From a virus, in IMG/VR virus record IMGVR_UViG_3300017917_001914, positions 1-64,000 of that record: a stretch of 64,000 nucleotides of DNA; one strand, given 5' to 3'. This document shows, piece after piece, positions 20,416 to 30,059 of the stretch (the stretch's first letter is position 1; each line of letters begins with the position of its first letter). The position numbers and the translations under genes were made by a program. Under the pieces are notes generated by a model. That model made no database searches and was not told where the DNA came from. It was given only the letters and a program-made list of their open reading frames with translations.

Positions 20416-21663
20416 ATGAAAATATTTGTACAGATAGCTTCCTATCGTGACCCCCAACTTATACCAACACTTGATAGTATGTTGGCAAACGCAAAAAGAC
20501 CAAATAATTTAAGAATAGGTATATGTCGTCAATATCATCCTGAAGACGGGTTTGATAATTTAGATAACTTTAAAAAAGATAAAAGATTTAGAATTAAAGA
20601 TGTTTTATATTCTGAATCCAAAGGAGTTTGTTGGGCACGTAATCAAGTACAACAATTATATGATGGTGAGGAGTACACCCTTCAAATAGATTCTCATATG
20701 AGATTTGAAAAAGATTGGGACACTACCTTAATCAAAATGATTAAACAACTTCAAAAGAAAGGATTTAAGAAACCATTATTAACCGGTTATGTTTCGTCAT
20801 TTGACCCTGAAAATGACCCGGCAGGTAGAGTTAAAGAACCATGGAGAATGGTATTTGATAGATTCATTCCTGAAGGTGCGGTATTCTTTTTACCTGAAAC
20901 AATTCCTGGTTGGGAAAAACTAAAACAACCAATTACATCTCGTTTTTATTCTGCTCATATGGCATTCACATTAGGTCAATTTAGTGTGGAGGTTCAACAC
21001 GACCCTGAATTTTATTTTCATGGGGAAGAAATTTCTATTGCCGTTAGAGCGTTCACTCACGGATATGATTTATTTCACCCACATAAAACAGTAATTTGGC
21101 ACGAATATACTCGTAAGAATAGAACCAAACAATGGGATGATGATAAAGAGTGGGGTAAAAAGAATGAATTATCACACAAGAAAAATAGACAATTGTTTGG
21201 AATGGATGGTGAAGAAGTTACTATGGATTTTAGTAAGTATGGATTTGGTACTGAAAGAACTTTACGTGATTATGAAATTTATTCAGGTCTTAAATTTTCA
21301 AATAGAGCCGTCCAACAATATACATTAGACAAAAAATATGCACCAAACCCTACAATTTACGAAACTGAAGAAGAATGGTTAGAAAGTTTTGCAAGAGTAT
21401 TTAAACATTGTATCGATATATCATTTAATCAAGTACCTGAAAAAGATTATGAATTTTGGGTGGTTGCATTTCATGACGAAAATGATTTAACGTTATATAG
21501 AAAAGATGCGGACATCAATGAGATAAATAGAATGATGAAAGACCCTGATGGGTATTGTAAAGTTTGGAGAGATTTTCAAACAACATCAAAACCAAAATAT
21601 TGGGTTGTATGGCCATATAGTACATCAAAAGGGTGGTGTGATAGAATAATTGGTGATTTATAA
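20416..21663 (+). CDS. GT60-like polypeptide GlcNAc-transferase (Pfam GlcNAc family, Skp1 Gnt1-like)
   Basis: IFVQIASYRDP, GVCWAR, YTLQIDSHMRFEKDWD, FHGEEISIAVRAFTHGYDLFHP. Confidence 0.85.
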   Translation: MKIFVQIASYRDPQLIPTLDSMLANAKRPNNLRIGICRQYHPEDGFDNLDNFKKDKRFRIKDVLYSESKGVCWARNQVQQLYDGEEYTLQIDSHMRFEKDWDTTLIKMIKQLQKKGFKKPLLTGYVSSFDPENDPAGRVKEPWRMVFDRFIPEGAVFFLPETIPGWEKLKQPITSRFYSAHMAFTLGQFSVEVQHDPEFYFHGEEISIAVRAFTHGYDLFHPHKTVIWHEYTRKNRTKQWDDDKEWGKKNELSHKKNRQLFGMDGEEVTMDFSKYGFGTERTLRDYEIYSGLKFSNRAVQQYTLDKKYAPNPTIYETEEEWLESFARVFKHCIDISFNQVPEKDYEFWVVAFHDENDLTLYRKDADINEINRMMKDPDGYCKVWRDFQTTSKPKYWVVWPYSTSKGWCDRIIGDL

Positions 21664-21666
21664 TTT

Positions 21667-22227
21667 ATGGTTGTTGTTATATGTCATTTTAAAGAAAATC
21701 TTGATTGGGTTAAAAATTTAAAACATAAATACATAATCTACAATAAAAATTCTGAAGAACAACATTTATATGATATAAATTTACCAAATGTTGGATTTGA
21801 CACTATTGTGTATTTGAGTTATATAATTGATAACTATGATAATTTACCTGATTATGTTTGTTTTTCACAAGATGACCCATTTTTCCATTGTCCTTCGTTT
21901 CTAAATAAAGTTAATGAATTTGATTTTACAAAAAAATTTCAGCCGTTAGGAAAAACTTACATTAGAGACACCTTTGAATTAGACCTTACAATAGAATATG
22001 CAAATAAGAATGAAATAATTTATGAATTACCAATTAAATTTATTAATTCTGCACAATGTATTGTATCAAAAGAATTAATATTAAAAAGAACTAAAGAATC
22101 GTATCAACAAATAAAAGATTCAATTCCGTTGGAAGTTATTTCCAACATAAATTATTTAATAGAGTACTTGTGGCCCACAATATTAGGGTTTAACAATGAA
22201 CTAATGTTAAGTTTAAATAATTGTTAA
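21667..22227 (+). CDS. DUF3431-like putative glycosyltransferase
   Basis: VVICHFKENLDW, LPNVG, YLSYIIDNYDNLPDYVCFSQDDPFFH. Confidence 0.75.
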   Translation: MVVVICHFKENLDWVKNLKHKYIIYNKNSEEQHLYDINLPNVGFDTIVYLSYIIDNYDNLPDYVCFSQDDPFFHCPSFLNKVNEFDFTKKFQPLGKTYIRDTFELDLTIEYANKNEIIYELPIKFINSAQCIVSKELILKRTKESYQQIKDSIPLEVISNINYLIEYLWPTILGFNNELMLSLNNC

Positions 22228-22229
22228 TT

Positions 22230-23045
22230 ATGAAAAAAGCGTTACTAGGAGTTTCAAACAATATAAATCAACACATCTCAAAAATTAAAGTGTGGTCGGA
22301 TAGTTTTAAAAAATTTGTCGATGGGGATGTTATTTTATTATGTGCTAACTCAACAGAAGATGAGTTGAAAAAGTGTGAAGATATGGGTATTATACCAATA
22401 CCGGTTAATATTCAAGACACTTGGAGAATAAACCATAAACGACTTGAAAAAACTTTTGAATTTTTAGAGAAGTCGGATATTGAATTATTTTTAATAACAG
22501 ATGTTTTTGATGTTGTATTTCAATCAAACCCATTTGATAAAATGGATTTAAAATATGATGTATTTGTTGGAGGTGAAGGGGTATTAGTAAATGAAGAACC
22601 TTGGAATTCAGATTGGATTAATAAATTATTCCCTAATGATTATAATGAATGTAGAAGTCAAGAAGTAATATGTTCTGGTGTTATTGGTGGAAAAAGGTTA
22701 CCGTTAATTAATTTGTATAAAAGAATGTTTGAATTATGTGAAAATAGCACAAATCTTACGAATATTCAAGACCAAGCGGCATTAATTGTTATGGTTAAAA
22801 ATAAAGAGATTAATAATTTAAAAATTTTTAATCTTACGGATGGATGGGTTGTTCATTGTGCAATTGCTGGGCCAACTCAATTTTTTGAAAGTTTTGGATT
22901 TAAGGGTAATATTGAAAATAGATATGGAATTCCTAAATTAATTACTGATAAAATATGTACAAAGGCTGGTAACCCCTATGATATAGTACATCAATTTAAT
23001 AGAATTCCTGAATGGAATGAACTTTTAACTAAAAAATATGAATAA
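22230..23045 (+). CDS. GT-A fold glycosyltransferase-like protein (start probably MKKALL)
   Basis: LITDVFDVVFQSNPF, ICSGVIGG, DQAAL, IVHQFNR. Confidence 0.65.
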   Translation: MKKALLGVSNNINQHISKIKVWSDSFKKFVDGDVILLCANSTEDELKKCEDMGIIPIPVNIQDTWRINHKRLEKTFEFLEKSDIELFLITDVFDVVFQSNPFDKMDLKYDVFVGGEGVLVNEEPWNSDWINKLFPNDYNECRSQEVICSGVIGGKRLPLINLYKRMFELCENSTNLTNIQDQAALIVMVKNKEINNLKIFNLTDGWVVHCAIAGPTQFFESFGFKGNIENRYGIPKLITDKICTKAGNPYDIVHQFNRIPEWNELLTKKYE

Positions 23046-23793
23046 CATACATTGTATTTGCACAACACCTGACGTTTTTCCTGTTTACGTTAATAATTGG
23101 AATAATTTTCCAAAAGATAAAAAAGAGTTTGTTTGGTTGTCAGATGTTACAAGAGACCCCTCATTTGAGGTTGGATTTAAATTTACGGAACAAGACATTA
23201 GAAAAGAATTTAATTTTAATATTGATGTTAGTAAAAAAAATTTTTGGAATTCCCATGGTAATAGAAATATTGTTTGGTTTTTTGCCCATTTAAGAATGTT
23301 ATATTTTTATGTTAAAAATCCAAATTATGATTTTTATTGGTTTTTTGATGATGATATTAAGATGGAAAATTGGGATGAATTTTTTACTAACACCGATAAA
23401 GACAATTCGGATTTCCTATCATATTTTTGTTTTAAAAAAAATGGAGTAATTTCTCAAGAGAATGTTCCAACTATTGATGATAGAACTTTTTCAAAAAATG
23501 GATGGTTTGATAGATTTCCGGGGGATGGTGATATATTACCCGAACATATTAATGATATGTTTGGTTCATTTTTTCCAACAACAAGATTTTCTAATAGAGC
23601 ACTTTCAAAGTTATTAGAAATACATAAAAATGGATATTATGGTTATCATGAGGGATTTGTTCCTACAGTTTTAAATAAATATGGTTTTAAGTTAAGTTCA
23701 CTAATAAATTCAGACAACACTTCAAATTATTTTAACGTAAATGAAGTGAATATTCAACATAAAAATATTAAAGTAAATTGGGAATGGATATAA
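23038..23793 (+). CDS. Putative glycosyltransferase (DxD)
   Basis: PNYDFYWFFDDDI, FFPTTRFSNRAL, HEGFVPT; operon context. Confidence 0.55.
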   Translation: MNNIHCICTTPDVFPVYVNNWNNFPKDKKEFVWLSDVTRDPSFEVGFKFTEQDIRKEFNFNIDVSKKNFWNSHGNRNIVWFFAHLRMLYFYVKNPNYDFYWFFDDDIKMENWDEFFTNTDKDNSDFLSYFCFKKNGVISQENVPTIDDRTFSKNGWFDRFPGDGDILPEHINDMFGSFFPTTRFSNRALSKLLEIHKNGYYGYHEGFVPTVLNKYGFKLSSLINSDNTSNYFNVNEVNIQHKNIKVNWEWI

Positions 23794-24587
23794 ATAACCC
23801 TGTTATAGTAATGGCTCTATATGATATAGGTAGAGAAAATTGGAATAATTTTAGAATGTCTTACCATACTTATGGTTGGTGGATGAGAAATACATTATCG
23901 TTAGATAGTAATATTGTAGTATATACAGAATTTAAATTTATGGATGAACTTATTCGATATAGACAAGAATTTGACCCAAATTTAGAAAAAACAATTTTTA
24001 TTGATTTACCATTAAATGAATTACCAATTTATCAGAAATATTTTAATTCATTATCAAATTTGATGAATTCAGAATCTTTTAAAAATAAAGTAAGTTTTCA
24101 CGATGTTCCTGAAATGTGTCAACCATTGTATAATATTATAATGTTTAACAAAGTTTATTTTCTTAAAGATACTATTGATAAACAATATTTTAATAATGAT
24201 ATGGTTATATGGGCGGATGCCGGTGGTTTAAGAGAAGATGTTCAAAACTATCGTGGTCACAAATGGCCAAATATTGAAAAAATAAAATCTTTAGATAATT
24301 CTAAAATAACTTTTTTTAGTCATAATTCTGATTTTGATATCAAAATTGAGGATAGAGAATTTTATTCACTATCTCAAATTAGAAACATACAAGGGACTTC
24401 ATTTTTATTACCAAGTAATTTAATTGATAAATTTTTAAATATGATGTTAGAAACAATCGAAGAATGTATTGATAATAATTACATTGGAAGTGATGAAAAA
24501 ATATTTGATATTACTTATACAAAAAACAAAAACTTTTTTAATTTAATTAAATGTACTTGGAGAGAATACTTTGATATACTAAAATAA
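23784..24587 (+). CDS. HtrL/YibB (WlaTC)-like protein
   Basis: VMALYDIGR, YNIIMFNKVYFLK, WADAG, IGSDEKI. Confidence 0.7.
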   Translation: MDINNPVIVMALYDIGRENWNNFRMSYHTYGWWMRNTLSLDSNIVVYTEFKFMDELIRYRQEFDPNLEKTIFIDLPLNELPIYQKYFNSLSNLMNSESFKNKVSFHDVPEMCQPLYNIIMFNKVYFLKDTIDKQYFNNDMVIWADAGGLREDVQNYRGHKWPNIEKIKSLDNSKITFFSHNSDFDIKIEDREFYSLSQIRNIQGTSFLLPSNLIDKFLNMMLETIEECIDNNYIGSDEKIFDITYTKNKNFFNLIKCTWREYFDILK

Positions 24588-24619
24588 CAAATTACGTAGT
24601 ATTTATAATTAAAAAGAGT

Positions 24620-25465
24620 ATGGATTTTTTTATAAAGAAAAACGCAACTTTACCGGTATTAAAGTTACAAGTAGTTAAAGACGGAAGAAGTGACTACAAC
24701 AAGTTTATGGATATGATTGAAGAATCTGCCATTTTCTTTTCAATGGTTGACGTAGAAACAGGTATTCCAAAAATAAGTTCAAGACCTGCCGGGTTTGTTG
24801 AAAAAACTTTTGTTGATTTAAATGCCGAACCGGAATATTATATATACTATCAATTTACCCCAAGAGATACAAATAGAATCGGTAGGTATGCCGGTCAATT
24901 TATGTTAAGAAATTCCGATGGAGTTCTTATTTTGCCAATACGTGAAGAATTATTTATAAATGTTCAAGATTCTTTTATTGCCGATGATTTAGTTTATGAT
25001 AGTTGTTATGTGTCTGAATTTCCATGCTGTATTAATGGCCCATATACAACTACTACTACCACAGAATGTTGTCCTTGTACAACAACTACAACAACAATTA
25101 ATCACACAACAACAACTACTACGATTGTACCTGTATTAACAGAAATTACTTTAAACTTCGGTATTTTTGACGATATTGGTCATTTATTTATTAATTTTAG
25201 TGCTGACGGAGCACAATTAATTAAATGTATTGTTGAAGATTACGTATTAGCCCCACCATTTTATATTCTTGGTGGTACAAATTACTATGTTTATTCACCA
25301 TTCCAAGTAGGTAGTGTTTTTTACTCAGACCCAAATGGTCAAACAATCGCAATAATAAACAACGGAAACTATGTTATTAACGTAAACGGTTATCAAATAA
25401 TTAATGTTAATAATTCCACAATTAGTTCTATTGTTAATTTTAGTAATTTATTACCATGTCGTTAA
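24620..25465 (+). CDS. Putative virion structural protein (BppU-like N-terminal domain + Thr/Cys-rich linker)
   Basis: FFIKKNATLPVLK...YYQFTPRDT..GRYAGQF; TTTTTTECCPCTTTTTT linker. Confidence 0.6.
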   Translation: MDFFIKKNATLPVLKLQVVKDGRSDYNKFMDMIEESAIFFSMVDVETGIPKISSRPAGFVEKTFVDLNAEPEYYIYYQFTPRDTNRIGRYAGQFMLRNSDGVLILPIREELFINVQDSFIADDLVYDSCYVSEFPCCINGPYTTTTTTECCPCTTTTTTINHTTTTTTIVPVLTEITLNFGIFDDIGHLFINFSADGAQLIKCIVEDYVLAPPFYILGGTNYYVYSPFQVGSVFYSDPNGQTIAIINNGNYVINVNGYQIINVNNSTISSIVNFSNLLPCR

Positions 25466-25472
25466 TCTAAAA

Positions 25473-25501
25473 TTGATTTATTAATTATTATCATTTATAT
25501 T
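25473..25501 (+). promoter_or_regulatory. sigma70-like promoter of the DNA polymerase gene
   Basis: TTGATT-17 bp-TATATT, overlapping TATTTATA. Confidence 0.45.
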
Positions 25502-25562
25502 TATAGAAACAAGACAAATCTGATTCAAATCAGAGCTAATATGTCATTCTAAAAAATATAAT

Positions 25563-28490
25563 ATGGTAACACAAGAAGAAATTAAAGCATTCCTTGAGGG
25601 GAATGACCCCGAAGAGCACATAGTTGCTATCGAGTATGATTACGTCACCGACGCAATTTACAAAATCAAAGAAATCCCAGGTCAGGGAAAAATAATCAAA
25701 AAAGATACATTTACAGCTTTTGCTTGGGTTGGAGACCTTAAAGATTTGAATTTCTATTCAAAATCAAAAGACCTTCAAAAAGAAGCAATGAAAAAACACG
25801 GAATCATAATTGAGAAATTAGAAACCAAAGGTAATGAGAGATTAGAAAAAGGTCTTAAATTCTTGGTTAAATCAATGAAGGGTTATCGTTCACTTATCCA
25901 ATTCTTTAAAGAAGGTGGTGTTGACCCGTGGGGTGAAAAAACAAGAGGTAAATTAACAGTACTTCCTCCGGTGGAACAATTTTTAATTTCAAGAGAGAAA
26001 AGATTGTTTAAGGGTTATGAAGAATACAACGACATCACTAGACTCGGATTTGACTTGGAGACGACCGCTCTTGAACCTAAAGACGGTCGTATATTTATGA
26101 TTGGAATCAAAACCAATAAAGGATACCAAAAAGTTATTGAGTGTGCTGATGAAGACCAAGAAAGAAGAGGGTTGGTGGAATTTTTCAATATTATTGATGA
26201 AATTAAACCTTCAATCATTGGTGGATACAATTCAGCAAACTTCGACTGGTTTTGGATATTTGAAAGATGTAAAGCACTTAACTTAGACATTAAAAAGATT
26301 GCCAAATCTTTAAATCCTGCAAGACCTATATCACAAAAAGATGGAATGTTAAAACTAGCAAATGAGGTGGAGAGATATTCTCAAACTCAATTGTGGGGTT
26401 ATAACATCATTGATATTATTCACTCTGTTCGTAGAGCTCAAGCAATCAACTCAAGTATTAAATCTGCGGGATTAAAGTATATAACCCAATACATTAAAGC
26501 TGAATCTCCTGACCGTGTTTATATCGACCACTTAGATATTGGGCCGATGTATGCTAAAAAAGAGGAATATTGGTTAAATGTTGAGAATGGAAAATATAAG
26601 AAAGCCGACAATCCGGCATTTGATAATTTAGATACAAGATTCCCCGGTAAATATATAAAGGTAACCGGTGATAATATTGTTGAGAGATATCTCGACGATG
26701 ACTTGGAAGAAACGTTAACGGTTGATGATGAATTCAATCAGGGAACGTTTCTATTAGCGTCAATGGTGCCAACAACCTATGAGAGAGTTTCTACCATGGG
26801 TACTGCAACTTTATGGAGAATGATTATGTTGGCGTGGTCATATAAAAACAAATTAGCTATTCCACAAAAAGAAGAGAAAACCGACTTCGTAGGAGGACTT
26901 TCAAGACTACTTAAAGTTGGTTATTCAACCAATGTACTTAAACTTGACTACTCTTCTCTATACCCATCAATTCAGTTGGTACACGATGTGTTTCCTGAGT
27001 GTGATGTTATGGGTGGAATGAAAGGTATGTTAGCTTACTTCCGTAATGCTCGTATTATGTACAAAAACTTGGCGGCTGAGTATTATGATAAAGACCCTAA
27101 GAAGTCCCTATCATACGACCGAAAACAATTACCAATTAAAATTTTTATTAATAGTATGTTTGGTGCGTTATCTGCACCACACGTTTATGAATGGGGAGAT
27201 ATGTTTATGGGAGAACAGATTACTTGTACCGGAAGACAATATCTTCGTCAGATGATTAAATTCTTTATGAAGAAAGGTTATACACCACTAGTAATGGATA
27301 CCGATGGTGTGAACTTTTCAAAACCTGAAGGGTGGGAAAACAGAAGATACATTGGTAAAGGTTTGAATTGGAAAGTTAAAGAAGGTAAAGAATACACAGG
27401 TGATGATGCCGACGTTGCGGAGTTTAACGATATGTTTATGAGAGGTGAGATGGCGTTGGATACTGATGGTACTTGGCCTTCTTGTATTAACTTGGCTCGT
27501 AAGAACTACGCGGTTATGGAGGCAAGTGGTAAAATTAAACTTACCGGGAACACCATCAAATCAAAGAAACTTCCATTATATATTGAGGACTTCTTAGATA
27601 AAGGTGTAAAATTACTATTGGAAGGTAAAGGACAAGAATTTATTGAGTGGTATTATGAATACTTACAAAGAATTTATGATAAAGATATCCCTCTTATGAA
27701 AATTGCTCAAAGAGCAAAAGTTAAGTTATCTATTGATGATTATAAAAAACGTTGTACACAAAAGACAAAAGGTGGTTCGTTAATGAGTAGAATGGCTCAT
27801 ATGGAACTTGCAATTAAACACAACCTAAAAGTATCATTAGGTGATGTGATTAGTTATGTAAATAATGGTGTCAGAGCTTCACACGGAGATGTTCAAAAAG
27901 TAAATAAACCAAAAAAAGGGTGGAATGAAAGTCAAATTGATATGTTCTATTCTAATGGTGAGAGTTATAAAGAAAAGTCAAAGTATTTGAAAGAAAATGG
28001 TTGGGAACAATCTTGGGGTGACGATAACTGGGTTCGTAGTGATGCTGAAAATAAAGAAGCTAATACCGGTATTCCAACTGATGTGGCGTATAGAATTGCA
28101 TCATCGGATAATACAGATTCATTAATACAACTTAATTGTTATATGTTAGACCCTACCGAAATTGAAAACAATCCTGATATGAAAGGTGATTATAATGTGG
28201 CCCGAGCAATCTCAACATTTAATAAAAGAATTGGGCCGTTATTGGTTGTGTTTAAAGAAGAAGTTAGAGAACAATTAATTGTGGATAACCCTGAAAATAG
28301 GGGATTCTTCACTAAAGAACAATCTGAACTTATAAATGGTGTTCCATTTAAAGAGGGTGACCAAGATAGATTAAAAGAAGATGTGTTAGATATTAGTGAA
28401 GGTGAAATTAAATATTGGGAAAAACGAGGAATGAGTCCTGATTATATTTATGATTTAGCATCTGAAGGATGGGAAGAGTTTATTAATTAA
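25563..28490 (+). CDS. Family B DNA polymerase with 3'-5' exonuclease
   Basis: FDLETT, GYNSANFDW, LDYSSLYPS, KIFINSMFG, MDTDG, RKNYA. Confidence 0.95.
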   Translation: MVTQEEIKAFLEGNDPEEHIVAIEYDYVTDAIYKIKEIPGQGKIIKKDTFTAFAWVGDLKDLNFYSKSKDLQKEAMKKHGIIIEKLETKGNERLEKGLKFLVKSMKGYRSLIQFFKEGGVDPWGEKTRGKLTVLPPVEQFLISREKRLFKGYEEYNDITRLGFDLETTALEPKDGRIFMIGIKTNKGYQKVIECADEDQERRGLVEFFNIIDEIKPSIIGGYNSANFDWFWIFERCKALNLDIKKIAKSLNPARPISQKDGMLKLANEVERYSQTQLWGYNIIDIIHSVRRAQAINSSIKSAGLKYITQYIKAESPDRVYIDHLDIGPMYAKKEEYWLNVENGKYKKADNPAFDNLDTRFPGKYIKVTGDNIVERYLDDDLEETLTVDDEFNQGTFLLASMVPTTYERVSTMGTATLWRMIMLAWSYKNKLAIPQKEEKTDFVGGLSRLLKVGYSTNVLKLDYSSLYPSIQLVHDVFPECDVMGGMKGMLAYFRNARIMYKNLAAEYYDKDPKKSLSYDRKQLPIKIFINSMFGALSAPHVYEWGDMFMGEQITCTGRQYLRQMIKFFMKKGYTPLVMDTDGVNFSKPEGWENRRYIGKGLNWKVKEGKEYTGDDADVAEFNDMFMRGEMALDTDGTWPSCINLARKNYAVMEASGKIKLTGNTIKSKKLPLYIEDFLDKGVKLLLEGKGQEFIEWYYEYLQRIYDKDIPLMKIAQRAKVKLSIDDYKKRCTQKTKGGSLMSRMAHMELAIKHNLKVSLGDVISYVNNGVRASHGDVQKVNKPKKGWNESQIDMFYSNGESYKEKSKYLKENGWEQSWGDDNWVRSDAENKEANTGIPTDVAYRIASSDNTDSLIQLNCYMLDPTEIENNPDMKGDYNVARAISTFNKRIGPLLVVFKEEVREQLIVDNPENRGFFTKEQSELINGVPFKEGDQDRLKEDVLDISEGEIKYWEKRGMSPDYIYDLASEGWEEFIN

Positions 28491-28495
28491 AACAG

Positions 28496-28522
28496 AAAAG
28501 GTGTCTAATGACACCTTTTTTT
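28496..28522. terminator. Bidirectional terminator
   Basis: aaaaggtgtc-taat-gacacctttt between convergent genes. Confidence 0.8.
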
Positions 28523-28892
28523 ATTCTAATTTTAATCCGTCTGATGATACTATGTACCAATTACCGTCTAATAAGTAAAATTCAACACATGCTCCCCAAT
28601 CAATAAAAATTTCATCATAAAATTCATCAATTTTACCTGAACTAGGTCTTATAAAAACTTTCGTTAATGCTTTAATAATAATATGTTCAGTTGTATTAGA
28701 ATCTAACGTAATGTTACAAGATTCAACATCTTTAACTACGATTAAAACTTCTCCATTTGTTTTATATTCAGTATTAGTTATTATTTTTTTCATTGATATA
28801 ATTTCAGGTTCTTCTATCTCGATTAAAGTATTGCCTAAGAATCGTTTTTCGTTAATTGTTTTTCTTGTAAATCTATCGGATATCTTATTCAT
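28521..28892 (-). CDS. Small putative structural protein
   Basis: Beta-rich C-terminus (IIIKAL...GKIDE...VEFYLLDGNWYIVS) resembling fibre/baseplate small domains; follows the neck gene. Confidence 0.5.
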   Translation of the reverse strand: MNKISDRFTRKTINEKRFLGNTLIEIEEPEIISMKKIITNTEYKTNGEVLIVVKDVESCNITLDSNTTEHIIIKALTKVFIRPSSGKIDEFYDEIFIDWGACVEFYLLDGNWYIVSSDGLKLE

Positions 28893-28895
28893 AAG

Positions 28896-30038
28896 TTATA
28901 TTACATAAATTTGTCTCGGCATTGCTCGGAACTTAAGTTGTTTATTTAAATTTTCAGCAAGTAGAGCTTCTCTTTCCATCATTTTTTCAGGACGTAATCG
29001 TTCTAATCTTAATTTTAATTCTTCTTCAAGTTTTACTTTTTCATCTTTACCCTCAGTAGCTAAAGTTGCGTAATCCATTGTTAATTCACTATCAGGTGTT
29101 TTAATATTACCACTAAATTTACCTCTAACTCTTGCTAATGTTTCTTTACAATACGCGGTAAAATATCTTCTAACCCATTGTTGTGACGGATTATTTAAAT
29201 CAATCCAAGACATTGCGTCAATTGGAACATCAGATGGTAATTTTATAATATCCGGATTGTCTTTTAAACAATTATCTCTATCAGCAGGGCCAACATCATA
29301 GTACCAATACCAAACTTTACCTTGAGCCATTTCTCTATTACCAAAGTCAAATTTACCCCCCGGTGTATTCATTAAATGTAACGCCTTTTTACCATCAGGT
29401 AATGCAGTAATAGTATATGTTAAATCACCAGCAATAATTCTTCTTTGAATGTTAATTTCTTGCATTCTTAATAACATATCAAATGCTGGCATCATGAAAT
29501 AAGAACCTGATGCACCCATTTGAGCAAAACCACCCGGGCCACCAAAACCACCACCACCTAAACCACCAAAAGTCCAAGGGTCAAATAAAAGACCGTTTAA
29601 TGTTGATGGTGTGAACCATAAAACTTCATTAATTTCTCTATTTGCCGGAATCTCATAAATTTGTTGATTAGGAACTAATTGAACAAAATCTTTTTTCAAT
29701 ACCCAATCACCACCGGCTTGTAATCCAACAATTTTAGAATAAGCGTAAGTATATCTTGTTTCCCAATCTAAACTTTTTGTAACAAATGCTCTCGATAGTG
29801 ATTCTGTATCTAAATTTAGATTGTATAATGATGTCCATTGTGATTCAATTAACCAATCTTGTATGTATTGAGAATAATCTCCAATAGAAAGTTCTAATAA
29901 ACTATCCATTTGTTCATCTTCTAACTCAATACTTCTTAATGGTGCACCTAATAGATGTTTAATTCTAGTATATAGTTTAGTTCTATCCGGTTCTGGTATA
30001 ATTGCGGTTTGGTTTGTTGCTCCTGTTAATATTGCCAT
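28896..30038 (-). CDS. Neck / head-tail adaptor protein (T4 gp13-like)
   Basis: RIKHLLGAPLRSIELEDEQMD and WVRRYFTAYCKETLARVRGKFSG. Confidence 0.8.
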   Translation of the reverse strand: MAILTGATNQTAIIPEPDRTKLYTRIKHLLGAPLRSIELEDEQMDSLLELSIGDYSQYIQDWLIESQWTSLYNLNLDTESLSRAFVTKSLDWETRYTYAYSKIVGLQAGGDWVLKKDFVQLVPNQQIYEIPANREINEVLWFTPSTLNGLLFDPWTFGGLGGGGFGGPGGFAQMGASGSYFMMPAFDMLLRMQEINIQRRIIAGDLTYTITALPDGKKALHLMNTPGGKFDFGNREMAQGKVWYWYYDVGPADRDNCLKDNPDIIKLPSDVPIDAMSWIDLNNPSQQWVRRYFTAYCKETLARVRGKFSGNIKTPDSELTMDYATLATEGKDEKVKLEEELKLRLERLRPEKMMEREALLAENLNKQLKFRAMPRQIYVI

Positions 30039-30059
30039 AATGATTTTATTTTATAAATA

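Noticed and set aside
8762-24587. DNA hypermodification cluster as the explanation for the transferases
   Set aside because: No hydroxymethylase, thymidylate synthase homologue, TET/JBP or base kinase seen here; families are protein/glycan-directed and restriction sites look avoided. Not fully excluded, since genes outside the window are unseen
25563-28490. Intein or intron in PolB (also checked in the helicase and nrd genes)
   Set aside because: No C/S...HN intein termini or LAGLIDADG motifs seen; reading frames are continuous
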